A DNA stretch of 64,000 nt from Candidatus Poribacteria bacterium (GCA_964291315.2 OZ219753.1:1440001-1504000), one strand, 5' to 3'. Counted from the stretch's first letter, positions 46,178 through 57,227 are shown. Translations and numbers: made by a program. Notes: generated by a model not told the origin, from the letters alone.

Positions 46178-48634
46178 TTAGAAGCCGGGGCCAACGGTGA
46201 AGTGGAACTTACCGGCTGGTTCGCCTGTAATCCGATCTAAACCGTAACCCCAGCCGAGGCGAACTAGCATGCCTAGCGCAGTGAGACGTGCTTCAACACC
46301 GAGTCCGCGTTTCATGTTGATCTGCCTGAAAATGTTGCTTGTGTTTTCATCCCAGACTTGTCCTATATCGAAAAACAGGGCAGCAGTGAGTTGCTGAGAA
46401 ATAGGAACGCGGTATTCAAGGTTAGCAAAGAATAGTTTATCGCCGCCATAGGGATTAACAACGCCATCCTTATTTGGATCGGGGTAAATTTCCCAGTCTT
46501 CGTAACCCCGGATAGAGTCCACGCCGCCGAGGAAGAAACGTTCGTAAAATAGAAAATAGGAATCGCTGCTTTTACTCCGCATGAGACCAGCCCGTCCGTG
46601 CAGGGCGACAACATGATTCCACCAAGGGTTGTAGAACCAGCTCGTATCCGCGTAGTATTTCTGAAATTGATTGTCCGCCCCTAAAATACCCCCTGAGTAC
46701 TCGTAAGAGACTGTATTGAGCGATCCCCCAGCTGGATCGAATAGCGAAGTTCGGTAGTCCCGGGTGTCCCTTCCTAAAGTGAAGCGGATACTTCGCGTGG
46801 AGCGACTATATTGTTCAAACTCTTCGTTATTTAGTTTCTGGGTGCTTGTTTCAACGTATTCGTTACGGAAGCTCACTGAAGCGTCAATATCTTGTCCAAT
46901 CGGATGTCCGAGCGTCAAAGAAGCACCTCGCCGGCTCCACATATAGCGATCGTAGTTGTAAGGACCATAGAGACTGCTACTGCGAAGCGCGGAACCTACC
47001 GTTCCATAGTAGCGGCGGAAACGGCGGTTGTCATAAAGGCGGGCGTTCAAGCGAGTGGGGGTACCCAAAATCCATGGCGTCCCGAAACTCACCTCGGCGG
47101 TATGATGATCCCGTGTCCCTAATTCGCCCTTCAGATGGACACGATAGGCACGCCCGCGGAAGTTATTTTGCCCTACTTCTGCAACACCGAAGATGCCGCC
47201 TTCACTCCCGTAGCCACCACCAAGGGTTACCATTCCTGTCCGGGGGGATTCAGCGATGTTTACTCTTAATTCTTGTCGGTTCTCATCCTCAGTGGGGCTT
47301 GGCACAAAATCGACAGCGCGGATGAAGGAACCCATCTGGAATAAGCGTTGCCGCGCTTTACGCAGCGATTTGACATCTAATAATTCATCGGATTTAATGC
47401 CCAACCAATCCAATTCGCGTCTGACAACGTACTCCTTCGTTTTTTCTAGACCTGTAATGACGACGTTACCAATGATTGTGACATCACCCTCGTTGATTTT
47501 CAAGGTGATGTTAACCACCCCGTTTGATTCATCAAAGAAAGGTGTAGGCAGGATTTCTGAGAGGAGGTAACCCTTATCAAAATAAGCCTGCTGTAATTTT
47601 CCGATCGACTCGTCAAACGTGGCTCGATTAAAAATTTCACCTTCTGCAGGATCGAGCATGCCGCGTATTTTCTTTTTCGAGAAGAGCGTTTTTGCACCTG
47701 CCTCCAATTCAAGTGTGTACGTTCCAACAATAAATTCGGGGCCTTCGTCAACACTAATATCAAGCATCAACCCTGTTTTGTCTTCAGTAAATCGCTTTTC
47801 ATAACCGAGGATTTTTACCTGCGCAAAGCCTAGGTCTTGGTAGTAATTGCGAAGGTTCAGCGGTAAGTCTTCTTCTTCAAATAGCATCTGATCGAACGGT
47901 TTACCAATCCGAGTTCTGAGTTTCTTTTGGAGCTTATTACCGGCGACCCGTTCATTTCCGACAAAGTTGATCTCCTGGATTCGGACTCTTGGGCCCTCGT
48001 TTATTTCAAACGTCACTTGAACGGTATTTTCATCAGGATCTAGGTCCCCCAGATGTGTTTGGATACCCACGAGGTAATACCCTTTTTCATGATAAAACTT
48101 CTGTAATGCGCGCTCGCTTCCCCATCGATGCCGATCGCTATAAATCTCGGAGGGACGCAGTGTCACTTCATCTTTGAGTTTGCCGACGCTCACGTTTTCA
48201 TTTCCGATGATGTTGATTCCTGATATCTTTGGATTCTCAACGACTTTATAAACGATTTCGAGCCCGCCTGCTCCAGAAGGTCTAACATCTATGTCAACTT
48301 CAGAGAAGAAGCCTGTATCTTTGTAAAGACTCTTTAGGTCCTCAGTGAGCAGTTCTTCGGAGACTTCATAACCGATCTGGGTCTGAATGAGGGTGCGGAG
48401 CATATCTTCAGAAGTCGTTTTCACGCCCTCAAACGAGATTTTCTGCACAAGAAGCATGGAATCGACAAGTGGCTTGGTTACGGCTGCTGGCGCGGCGGAT
48501 TCTGTAGATTGTTTTACAGTGGCGGCAGATTCGGGACCAAGCACTGAGGTTCCCTGTTCTTCTGCAACTACGGAGAGTGCTGCTATGCCGATGATTATAT
48601 TTATCAGAACAAGAGTGTTTTTTAGCGCATCCAT
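46178..48634 (-). CDS. bamA: Outer membrane protein assembly factor BamA
   Basis: Five POTRA-like repeats, ERFFLGGVDSIRGY loop-6 motif, C-terminal FHFTVGPGF. Confidence 0.93.
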   Translation of the reverse strand: MDALKNTLVLINIIIGIAALSVVAEEQGTSVLGPESAATVKQSTESAAPAAVTKPLVDSMLLVQKISFEGVKTTSEDMLRTLIQTQIGYEVSEELLTEDLKSLYKDTGFFSEVDIDVRPSGAGGLEIVYKVVENPKISGINIIGNENVSVGKLKDEVTLRPSEIYSDRHRWGSERALQKFYHEKGYYLVGIQTHLGDLDPDENTVQVTFEINEGPRVRIQEINFVGNERVAGNKLQKKLRTRIGKPFDQMLFEEEDLPLNLRNYYQDLGFAQVKILGYEKRFTEDKTGLMLDISVDEGPEFIVGTYTLELEAGAKTLFSKKKIRGMLDPAEGEIFNRATFDESIGKLQQAYFDKGYLLSEILPTPFFDESNGVVNITLKINEGDVTIIGNVVITGLEKTKEYVVRRELDWLGIKSDELLDVKSLRKARQRLFQMGSFIRAVDFVPSPTEDENRQELRVNIAESPRTGMVTLGGGYGSEGGIFGVAEVGQNNFRGRAYRVHLKGELGTRDHHTAEVSFGTPWILGTPTRLNARLYDNRRFRRYYGTVGSALRSSSLYGPYNYDRYMWSRRGASLTLGHPIGQDIDASVSFRNEYVETSTQKLNNEEFEQYSRSTRSIRFTLGRDTRDYRTSLFDPAGGSLNTVSYEYSGGILGADNQFQKYYADTSWFYNPWWNHVVALHGRAGLMRSKSSDSYFLFYERFFLGGVDSIRGYEDWEIYPDPNKDGVVNPYGGDKLFFANLEYRVPISQQLTAALFFDIGQVWDENTSNIFRQINMKRGLGVEARLTALGMLVRLGWGYGLDRITGEPAGKFHFTVGPGF

Positions 48635-48730
48635 AAAATTAAATGTCCTCCTGTATTGCTGTGGTTTCTAGGGTACCTATAGAATTTTGAAGTTGAGTGG
48701 GTGTTGTAAAATTTCTTCAAAAGGCCGGCC

Positions 48731-49612
48731 TCATCCCTCAGTAGGGTAGATCAGAGTTCCGTAGTTATTCGCGAATTGTCTGAAAGCATCTGTGAGTTTC
48801 CGCGTTATTTTTCCGGGATGTCCGTCTCCGATAGAACGTTGGTCTATTTTCACAACAGGTATCACCTCAGCAGCGGTGCCGGTCAGAAAGCATTCGTCAG
48901 CAATATAGAGATCGTGTCGTGTAAAGACCCGCTCTTCTACTTGCATCCCGGCTTCACGTGCAAGATCAATGACGCTGTTGCGGGTAACGCCCTCCAAAAT
49001 GCCCATATGGACCGGCGGAGTGACCAATATTTCATTCTTTATCCAGAAGATATTATCCCCGCTACATTCTACAACGTAGCCTTCAGCATTCAACATCAAT
49101 ACCTCTTCTGCTCCTGCTTGTTTCCCTTCAATTTTCGCCAAGATATTATTCAGATAATTCAAGGACTTAATACGCGGATTGATAGCTTCTGCATAATTTC
49201 GGCGCACCGAGGCCGTTACGATCTCCAAGCCTTCTTCATAGAACTTTGGCGGATATAGCGAGATTTTATCTGCAATAATAATAATAGTCGGCTTTGGGCA
49301 TTTATCTGGATCCAGACCCAGGTCTCCTACGCCGCGGGTCACTACTAGCCGAATGTAAGCTTCCCTCAGTTGGTTTAGACGGAGCGTCTCGAGTACCTTT
49401 TCCTTCATAGTTTCAATCGGAATAGGGATTTGTAGCATAATCGCCTTAGCAGAATCGTAAAGTCGCTCAAGATGTTCGTCAAGTTTAAACACTCTACCAC
49501 TATAGGAACGGATACCTTCAAAAACGCCATCGCCGTAGAGCAAACCGTGGTCAAAGACCGAGACCTTCGCTTCTGTTTGTGATAGAAATTCTCCGTCGAT
49601 ATAAATCAACAT
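48731..49612 (-). CDS. ilvE: Branched-chain amino acid aminotransferase
   Basis: SVFDHGLLYGDGVFEGIRSY, KSLNYLNNIL, LEGVTRN, FLTGTAAEV. Confidence 0.95.
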   Translation of the reverse strand: MLIYIDGEFLSQTEAKVSVFDHGLLYGDGVFEGIRSYSGRVFKLDEHLERLYDSAKAIMLQIPIPIETMKEKVLETLRLNQLREAYIRLVVTRGVGDLGLDPDKCPKPTIIIIADKISLYPPKFYEEGLEIVTASVRRNYAEAINPRIKSLNYLNNILAKIEGKQAGAEEVLMLNAEGYVVECSGDNIFWIKNEILVTPPVHMGILEGVTRNSVIDLAREAGMQVEERVFTRHDLYIADECFLTGTAAEVIPVVKIDQRSIGDGHPGKITRKLTDAFRQFANNYGTLIYPTEG

Positions 49613-49628
49613 ATACGCTTCCTTTTCG

Positions 49629-49787
49629 TAGTTGTCAGTTGTCGGTTGCCGATCCAGAAATTTCTCTGAACGATTCACCTTTTTTTAGGATTATAGACAG
49701 AACACGTACTCTGAAATCCTTGCTTAACTGACAATTAATAACTGAAAACCGTTCTTCTGACAACTAAAACCTAATAGCTACTAACTA
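49629..49787. repeat. Palindromic element with CTGA(C/A)AA heptamer arms anchored at a stop codon (copy 2)
   Basis: TAGTTGTCAGTTGTCGG ... AACTGACAATTAATAACTGAAAACCG ... CTGACAACTAAAACCTAATAGCTA. Confidence 0.55.
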
Positions 49788-50486
49788 TAAAACGACCTTT
49801 CCATCAACGAGTTGGACAACCCTGTCCACTTGCTGGGCAAGCGCATGATTGTGCGTTACGATAACAAATGCCTGCCCAGATTTGGCGTTCAAATCCCACA
49901 GAAGTTCGAGAACTGTCTCGCTGCTCTGCCGATCAAGGTTGCCTGTCGGTTCATCAGCGAGTACAATGCTCGGTTGATTAATCAGGGCGCGCGCAATGGC
50001 GACACGTTGTCTTTCTCCACCCGATAATTGGCTTGGATAGTGCGATCGTCTTTCAGCAAGCCCGACGAATTCTAGCAACGCCTCGGCTTCTTTATAAACC
50101 GTTTTATGATTCGGTGTTGTGATTAGGGCACCCATCGCAACGTTTTCAACTGCTGTAAATTCTGGCAATAGATGATGAAATTGAAACACAAAACCGATTT
50201 CTTTGTTCCGAAACCCGGCAAGCTCCTTATCAGGCAAGGCGAAAACATCGGTTTCTCGATATAAAACACTGCCCTCCGTTGGTCGGTCAAGTGTCCCAAT
50301 GATGTGGAGTAAGGTGCTTTTGCCAACGCCAGATGCCCCTACAACTGCAAGTAACTCTGATTTGTATATATCAAGATCTATGCCTTGAAGAACTCTAAGT
50401 TCTACCTGACCATCGTAATACGACTTGTGTAAGTCTACAAGACTGATGAGGGTTTCCGCCGAATTCTTCAAATTTTCTTTTTTCAA
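49785..50486 (-). CDS. lolD: Lipoprotein-releasing ABC transporter ATP-binding protein
   Basis: GASGVGKST, GFVFQFHHLLPEFTA, LSGGERQRVA, LADEPTGNLD. Confidence 0.92.
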   Translation of the reverse strand: MKKENLKNSAETLISLVDLHKSYYDGQVELRVLQGIDLDIYKSELLAVVGASGVGKSTLLHIIGTLDRPTEGSVLYRETDVFALPDKELAGFRNKEIGFVFQFHHLLPEFTAVENVAMGALITTPNHKTVYKEAEALLEFVGLAERRSHYPSQLSGGERQRVAIARALINQPSIVLADEPTGNLDRQSSETVLELLWDLNAKSGQAFVIVTHNHALAQQVDRVVQLVDGKVVL

Positions 50487-51947
50487 TTATTCATGTTGTA
50501 ATGCTTCTATGGGCTTCAGATTTGCTGCTTGCCATGCAGGATAGAGCGTTGCAAGCCAGCAAATTAAGAGCGAAAGCACATTGATAAAGATAACAAAGAA
50601 CCAATTCACCTTTACCGGCATTTGATTCATCTGGTAGATATGACTGAGACCGAGTTCTTCGAACGAAATCGGCCTAACGGTGGAGTAGAGGGCAAAACCT
50701 ATTCCGATCACCCATAAAACCCCCGCCGCGAGCTTCCACCCACTTCTACTCGGCAGAGCGCGCCACACTGCGATAACTACTTGTAAAGCGATCGGCACAC
50801 CAAGAACGAGGACGTACCAGTAAGAGGGGCGCCCTCCGCTAGAGCTCAGCAGCCAACAGAAAATCAGTCCCAAGGCGGTTCCCAGCATCGTGCCAAGTGT
50901 CCCAATTATGCCCCCTTGAATCATGAAAATTCTCATGATATTGCCACGAGAGGTCCCAAGCGTTCGCAGAGTACCGATGTCCTTCGTCTTTTCCATCACA
51001 GTCATAATCAGTGTGCTTGCGATATTGAAGGAAGCCACTAAAATGATTAGCGCCTCGATGATAACAGTTGCCATTTTTTCCAATCGAAGCGCTGAGAAAA
51101 GTGGGGCTTGTAATTCCATCCATGTTCTTGCGTCCGGCATACCTTCCAAGACTGTAAATCGAACACTATCTTCAATCTTTCTAGCGACCTGGGGTGCTAA
51201 TTCCGCATCACGCAATCGGACAAAGATCGTATTGATCAGGTCCGCTTTATTGTACAGCTTTTGGGCATCGTTTATATGAATAAATCCAAAATTGTTATCA
51301 TAAACTGCCATTTCTGACTCATAGAACCCGATCACAACAAAATTTGCTAAGTCCGGCACCAGCATTGATTCGTTCACAGGGTGCTTCACAAGCTTAACCA
51401 CAAGTCGGAGGACATCGCCTTTAATAATACCGAGGCGGGCTGCCAAACGCCCACCGAGAATAATACCGCCGGTGATTGTTTCGTCTCTGATGAACTGAGC
51501 TTTTTCAATAAACTCCGAATTTTGGAAATCAGTGGATCCGGACACCAACTTTGAGAAACCTGTAACTCTGTTTTCCTGAACTGGATCAATACCTTTAATG
51601 TAGATGACATCTTGGATCGTATCGCTATGTTCCGGAAAAACACCGATTTGTGACAAGATAACCGGGGCCGTGGCTACGACTTCGTCAATTGCCTGAATTT
51701 GCGTTATCCGTTTCTGATAATCGCCGAAGAAACTCTGATCGTGTAAACGAAAAACGACATGCGCCTCATTTGCGAGAAATCGGTCTCTCAACCCGTGTTC
51801 AACGCCGTCTAATACAGCGATGACGAGAATCACCGTTGCGACACCGAGGGCAACACCTCCAATAGATATGATGCTGATGATTGAGATAAAGGACTGTTTT
51901 CGACGCGAGCGCAGATAGCGGGCAGCTACGAACCATTCAAATCTCAT
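50487..51947 (-). CDS. lolE: Lipoprotein-releasing ABC transporter permease (LolC/E family)
   Basis: MRFEWFVAARYLR, VASFNIASTLIMTVMEKTKDIG, ATLYPAWQAANLKPIEAL. Confidence 0.88.
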   Translation of the reverse strand: MRFEWFVAARYLRSRRKQSFISIISIISIGGVALGVATVILVIAVLDGVEHGLRDRFLANEAHVVFRLHDQSFFGDYQKRITQIQAIDEVVATAPVILSQIGVFPEHSDTIQDVIYIKGIDPVQENRVTGFSKLVSGSTDFQNSEFIEKAQFIRDETITGGIILGGRLAARLGIIKGDVLRLVVKLVKHPVNESMLVPDLANFVVIGFYESEMAVYDNNFGFIHINDAQKLYNKADLINTIFVRLRDAELAPQVARKIEDSVRFTVLEGMPDARTWMELQAPLFSALRLEKMATVIIEALIILVASFNIASTLIMTVMEKTKDIGTLRTLGTSRGNIMRIFMIQGGIIGTLGTMLGTALGLIFCWLLSSSGGRPSYWYVLVLGVPIALQVVIAVWRALPSRSGWKLAAGVLWVIGIGFALYSTVRPISFEELGLSHIYQMNQMPVKVNWFFVIFINVLSLLICWLATLYPAWQAANLKPIEALQHE

Positions 51948-52024
51948 GCTTTAAACTATTGCTCCTGATCTGCGGGATCCTAGGGCCTTGCGCTTTCGCA
52001 ATTTTTCAGAAATCGTTGATAACC

Positions 52025-52591
52025 TCACAATCTTTTCACAACTTCAGCCTCAAAGTCTGCTTTTAAGATTCCATATCCTATTAAGTCCTCAAAGTTATCC
52101 CATTTTTTAAGGTGTTGTCGACGACACCCTTCATAGTGCATTCCAATCTTCTCAAGCACTCGCCCCGATGCAGGATTTCGTTTGAAGTAGTCAGCATAAA
52201 TTCGATTCAATTTCAGCGATTCAAAGCCATACGCAATGACTGCGCGGGCTGCTTCAGTGGCGTAACCACAGTTCCAGTACGGTTTCCCTATCCAATAGCC
52301 GATTTCACCTCTTTCATTCTGTAGGTCGAGCCTGATCCCTATAGCGCCAATTAAATTTCTATCTGTATTAATAAGTGTGATTGCAAAGTTTAGTGCTTCG
52401 TCTTTTTCATAATCGTTGTAACAGGAACGAATCCACTCCTCTGCCATACCGTCTTCGTATGGGTGTGGTATAGCACATACTGTTGATGCTACGTCGTATT
52501 CACCCACAAGGCGTTGCACGACGGCTGCATCTTCAAGTGTAAACGATCGGAGTAGCAATCTTTCTGTGAGAAGGGGCGGTGCAGTCCTCAT
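52025..52591 (-). CDS. RimJ/RimL family GNAT N-acetyltransferase
   Basis: LTERLLLR, EIGYWIGKPYWNCGYATEA, NPASGRVLEKIGM. Confidence 0.9.
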   Translation of the reverse strand: MRTAPPLLTERLLLRSFTLEDAAVVQRLVGEYDVASTVCAIPHPYEDGMAEEWIRSCYNDYEKDEALNFAITLINTDRNLIGAIGIRLDLQNERGEIGYWIGKPYWNCGYATEAARAVIAYGFESLKLNRIYADYFKRNPASGRVLEKIGMHYEGCRRQHLKKWDNFEDLIGYGILKADFEAEVVKRL

Positions 52592-52720
52592 TTGTCTGTG
52601 AACTCCCAATTTAACAGACCGGCCGGGCGAATCAAAAATTCCGTTCATTCCCAGCACGATGCCAAAATTGTCCTGTCTTTCTTCTACAAACGCCTCCGTA
52701 TAGAGCCGGCGGTTGACATC

Positions 52721-54211
52721 TTAGCTCTCCGGACGCATTTGTGGAAACAGGATAACATCTCTAATAGCGTATTGGTTCGTTAGTAGCATAGTCAATCGGT
52801 CGATGCCGATACCGAGGCCTCCTGTTGGGGGCATCCCATATTCCAGGGCGCGTAGATAATCCTCGTCTACCATGAAGGCTTCACTATCCCCCGCCTCTAG
52901 ATTATCCGCCTGTTCAAGAAAACGTTGACGTTGATCGATCGGATCGTTGAGTTCGCTAAAAGCGTTGCCAATCTCCATTCCACAGACAAAGATTTCAAAA
53001 CGTTCAACAAAATCGGGGGCTTCAGGTCTCTTTTTTGCAAAGGGGGATATCTCGATAGGGTGATCTGTTATAAATGTTGGCTGAATCAGTTTTGATTCGA
53101 CAAATGTATCAAAGAGTTCAGCAATAATCTTGCCCTTTGTTTCGTCGCCTGCCAATCCAACCCCGGCGTTGACTGCTTCTTTGTACAATTCATCTCCTGA
53201 CAGTGGCATTGGGTCAATACCGCTGTGCTCTCGAACAGAATCCACCATACTCACGCGCCGCCAAGGCGGTGTGAAATCCAGATCCTGTTTTTGATAGTGA
53301 ATTTTGGTGGTGCCGTGAATTGCTTTTACTGTTTCCGCGATCAGTGTTTCTGTTAGTTCCATTATCTGGTGATAGTCAGCATACGCTTGATAAAGTTCAA
53401 GCATCGTAAATTCAGGATTATGGTCCCGATCCATGCCTTCGTTTCGGAAATCGCGCGAAAATTCATAAACACGTTCAAACCCTCCGACGATCAGACGCTT
53501 AAGATACAACTCATTTGCGATCCGTAAGTAAAGCGATTGTTCTAGGGTATTATGATATGTTGTGAACGGACGCGCATTTGCCCCACCGTAGATTGGTTGG
53601 AGCACAGGCGTTTCTACTTCGATAAAGTCTTGGGTATTGAGCATGTCCCGAAGGGCTTGGACGATTCGCGTTCTTTTTAGAAAAACGTCTTTTACCTCAG
53701 GATTCATGATGAGATCTGCATAACGTTGTCTGTAGCGTGTCTGTTTATCTTGTAGGCCGTGCCATTTTTCTGGGAGCGGCCGAATAGATTTAGAGAGAAG
53801 TTTTATGCAGTCAACAAGAATAGTGAGTTCACCAGTCCGCGTTCGAAAAACTGTTCCCTCAGCACCAATAATGTCACCACTATCAAAGCGCCGGTAAATT
53901 TTGTATGATTCCGAACCAACTTTGTCGCGGCGAATGTAAATCTGGATCCTGCCTGCACCATCTTGAACATGAGCGAAACTGCTTTTTCCGTGATCCCGTT
54001 TTGTCATAATCCTGCCTGCCACTCGGACTTTCTGTGTCTCATCCGGTGCCTCTTGGACATCCGCAAAATCTCTCTGAATTGTGACAGTTGTGTGTGTGGG
54101 TTCGTACCTATGTGGATACGGGTCTACTCCGAATTCTCGAATCTCGTTGAGTTTCTCACGACGTTGCTGCATTAAGCCCTTTGTGTCTTCCACGATTTCC
54201 CTTCTTTTCAT
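52721..54211 (-). CDS. lysS: Lysine--tRNA ligase (class II)
   Basis: LPEKWHGL, RQRYADL, YLRIANELYLKRLIVGG, FRNEG, YGMPPTGGLGIGIDRL. Confidence 0.97.
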   Translation of the reverse strand: MKRREIVEDTKGLMQQRREKLNEIREFGVDPYPHRYEPTHTTVTIQRDFADVQEAPDETQKVRVAGRIMTKRDHGKSSFAHVQDGAGRIQIYIRRDKVGSESYKIYRRFDSGDIIGAEGTVFRTRTGELTILVDCIKLLSKSIRPLPEKWHGLQDKQTRYRQRYADLIMNPEVKDVFLKRTRIVQALRDMLNTQDFIEVETPVLQPIYGGANARPFTTYHNTLEQSLYLRIANELYLKRLIVGGFERVYEFSRDFRNEGMDRDHNPEFTMLELYQAYADYHQIMELTETLIAETVKAIHGTTKIHYQKQDLDFTPPWRRVSMVDSVREHSGIDPMPLSGDELYKEAVNAGVGLAGDETKGKIIAELFDTFVESKLIQPTFITDHPIEISPFAKKRPEAPDFVERFEIFVCGMEIGNAFSELNDPIDQRQRFLEQADNLEAGDSEAFMVDEDYLRALEYGMPPTGGLGIGIDRLTMLLTNQYAIRDVILFPQMRPES

Positions 54212-54250
54212 AGTTTATTAGACGCAGTTGCCCAAATAACGTTTTTAATA

Positions 54251-54279
54251 ATTATACCGAAGTTTTATCCGTAAAGCAA
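54251..54279 (-). promoter_or_regulatory. Sigma70-type promoter for lysS
   Basis: TTGCTT-17-TATAAT on the minus strand. Confidence 0.55.
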
Positions 54280-54378
54280 CCTAAAATAGTAGGAGTTTAG
54301 TTCTTCAGCAGGAAAACTCTGCCCCCGCGCCTTTCCATTTAAAGCCGCATAGAAAGCTTGATGAACCCCTTTCATATG

Positions 54379-55483
54379 TTATTTCGGTTGTGCTTTCATT
54401 TTCAAATAGGCTTCAATGAATGGATCTAACGCTCCATCTAATACCGCATTAACATTCCCGGTTTCGACGTTTGTGCGCAGGTCTTTGACACGCTGATAAG
54501 GATGGAGTACGTAAGAGCGGATCTGACTCCCGAAGTCGATGTCGAGGCGTTCGCTTCGCTGTTTTGAAATTTCTGCTTCGAGTTCTGTCCGATATTTCTC
54601 ATGGAGACGGGAACGGAGGAGTTTCATTGCGATTTCCCGATTCTTGTGCTGCGAACGTTCGTTCTGGCACTGCACAATAATTCCCGTGGGCTTGTGTGTA
54701 ATCCGAACGGCTGAATCTGTGACATTGACATGTTGACCCCCGGCACCACTTGCCCGATAAAAGTCTATCCGCAGATCCTCTGCTTGGATATCGACCTCAA
54801 CGGAGTCGTCTATTTCGGGGGTGACATCAATGGCAGCAAAGGAGGTGTGTCGGCGTTTGTTAAAGTCGTAAGGAGACAACCGCACAAGCCTATGCACTCC
54901 TGCCTCAGCTTGTAGGTAACCATAAGCCCAAGCACCTTTGACGAGGATAGTCGCCCCCTTAATGCCGGCCTCATCCCCGGGCGTGATATGGACGATTTCA
55001 GTCTGATAACCGCGTTGGTCACACCAGCGGAAATACATCCGCATTAGCATCCCCGCCCAGTCTTGCGCATCGATCCCTCCTGCGCCAGAGTGGACATTGA
55101 GAATTGCGTTATTTTTATCAAAATCGCCGTTTAGCATTAACTGGAGCTCTATCTGGTCGAGATACTTTGAAATGCTCGCCAAACCTTCCACAATTTCAGT
55201 CTGTAAACTTGTGTCGTTTTCTTCGATGGCGAGTGCAAGCAAGGTCTGCACATCTTCAATTTTGAGAGCGAGTGCTTCGTAGGAAGTGATTTCGTCTCGT
55301 AACACAGAAATGCGTTGGTTGACTTTTCGGACCCGTTGGGTATCGCTCCAAAAATCTGGAGTAGTGGTTGTTTCTTCGAGTTCAGCTAATTCTTTACGTT
55401 TTCTAGCGAGGTCAAAGATAGTCTCCGAGTTTCAAGAGCCGGGCATGTATTTCTTCAACCTGTATTTTTAAATCTACAAGCAT
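54379..55483 (-). CDS. prfB: Peptide chain release factor 2, translated via programmed +1 frameshift at CTT-TGA-C (55417-55411)
   Basis: ORF1 MLVDLKIQVEEIHARLLKLGDYL-stop, then +1 frame DLARKRKEL...PDFW; SPY tripeptide, GGQ motif; SD-like GGAG just before the slippery site. Confidence 0.95.
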
Positions 55484-55500
55484 GTATTACCTCATGAGGG

Positions 55501-57174
55501 TTAGGAATCACTGCGACGGGATCGGAAAACGATTTGGCTGCCGAACCATCCGATACAGATGAGTAGGCAGAGAATCGGAAACCAATCGCCGTAGCGAGTA
55601 TAGAGTGTATGTTTGCGCGCCGACGAAGAAAGAATCGACACCGGCGCAGTAAGCACCTGTTGCGTAGTGTCCGGTGTTATTAAGGGAGTCGTTATCCGAC
55701 CGAACTGGTCAACGACGCAGGTAAATCCCCCGTTTGCACAACGGAATACTGCGATTCGGTTCTCAACTGCGCGAAACGGGGTCATCGACAAGTGCAGTTC
55801 AGGGAAGGCTGTCCCTTTGAACCAAGCATCGTTCGTAAAGATCCCCATTACCTGGGCACCTTTTTGAACGGGACGGCGAAATTCGTCAGGAAATACCGAC
55901 TCAAAACAGATCGAAGCCCCCACCTCTACTTTCCGGTGTTCTGTTCTATTTTTAACGTTAAACACGGGTAAAAGGTTTACTGATTTTCCATGGGCAAAGG
56001 GTCTGAATTGGATAAAGTTGGGAATGAAATCCGGGAGAAGATGTGTCAAAGGCACATATTCACCGAATGGAACGAGGTGCATCTTGGCGTACCCACTATT
56101 TATCTTTCCATCTGGAGATATTGACAAAATTCGATTGTATATATTGGTATTTCTTTCTGCCCCTACAGCCCGCTCGGAAAATTTGCCTATTGTCCGAGCT
56201 ATTTCCTCTCCTTCAATAGCTGTGCCGATGAGCATAGGAGTTGCAATCTTGAAAAGCATTGCGGAGAACCTGTTATAATAGGTCGGCCATTCGCCTGTTA
56301 ATGCTTCGCTTCTCGTCGCCGTCTCTGGCCAGGCAATAAGGTCCGGATTTTCTCGATTCGCTTCGTAGGTCAAGTTGATATAACGTTGGAGAATTTGCGG
56401 AAATCGACGTAAGTCCCATTTTTCAAGTTGCGAGATATTCCCCGGGACAAGTGCAACGCTCAAGGTTTCGGGGTTTTCAGCCGCTGCAGTATCGCCTAGA
56501 GGAGCTGCATCTCGGAGTTGGAAGGCTCCGTAGCCAAAGCAGCATAGGCTCAAGATCAGTGGGAAAACAAAGGCCAGTATCTCTTGTCGCCACCGATGGC
56601 GGTTACAAAGTAGGGTCGCAATACCAGCGTTGAAGAAGACAATGACAAAACTGATACCGTGGACCCCAACAAGCGAAGCCATCTGTATTCCAAGCAAATT
56701 GTTCCATTGTGAGTAGCCGATGCTTCCCCACGGAAACCCTGTTATCATCCAACTTCGCACCCATTCGAGCGCTGTCCATATACAGGCAGCTGCGATGGGA
56801 AAGAGGACACCGGAACGCCACGGGACGATCCTCATCAGAACTGGAAAGATGGCGAAATAGAGGGCTGTGTAGCCCACAAGTAGTAGGTAACCTGCTACCG
56901 TGGCGAAAATATTTGCATACGGATAAAGAAGAGCAATAGCCGGAAGTAGACCTGCAAAAAATAGAAACCCTGTTAGATAACCGGTCCAGAAAGCCGATTT
57001 CCGGGTCGTTGTGCGCCTGAGAGCAATGAAAAATGGCACCATTGCAACCCAAGCGAACGGAAAAAGGTTGACAGTGGGGAAGCTGAGAAACAACAAGAGT
57101 GATGAAAGCGCCGCAAGGATCCAATGGTGGTAACGTTTCTGCGAACTTTCTGTTTTCTCGTCTTTGGCGTTCAT
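55501..57174 (-). CDS. lnt: Apolipoprotein N-acyltransferase
   Basis: GFPWGSIGYSQ, WPETA, KMHLVPFGEYVP, ICFES, TNDAWF, RAVENR. Confidence 0.95.
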   Translation of the reverse strand: MNAKDEKTESSQKRYHHWILAALSSLLLFLSFPTVNLFPFAWVAMVPFFIALRRTTTRKSAFWTGYLTGFLFFAGLLPAIALLYPYANIFATVAGYLLLVGYTALYFAIFPVLMRIVPWRSGVLFPIAAACIWTALEWVRSWMITGFPWGSIGYSQWNNLLGIQMASLVGVHGISFVIVFFNAGIATLLCNRHRWRQEILAFVFPLILSLCCFGYGAFQLRDAAPLGDTAAAENPETLSVALVPGNISQLEKWDLRRFPQILQRYINLTYEANRENPDLIAWPETATRSEALTGEWPTYYNRFSAMLFKIATPMLIGTAIEGEEIARTIGKFSERAVGAERNTNIYNRILSISPDGKINSGYAKMHLVPFGEYVPLTHLLPDFIPNFIQFRPFAHGKSVNLLPVFNVKNRTEHRKVEVGASICFESVFPDEFRRPVQKGAQVMGIFTNDAWFKGTAFPELHLSMTPFRAVENRIAVFRCANGGFTCVVDQFGRITTPLITPDTTQQVLTAPVSILSSSARKHTLYTRYGDWFPILCLLICIGWFGSQIVFRSRRSDS

Positions 57175-57227
57175 TTTGGGGTTTAAGTCTTCAGATTCTC
57201 CTTCTGCTAGCGGTCTCTTCTTTTATA

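Noticed and set aside
54379-55483. prfB as a pseudogene or sequencing error
   Set aside because: The break is the canonical CTT-TGA-C programmed frameshift.
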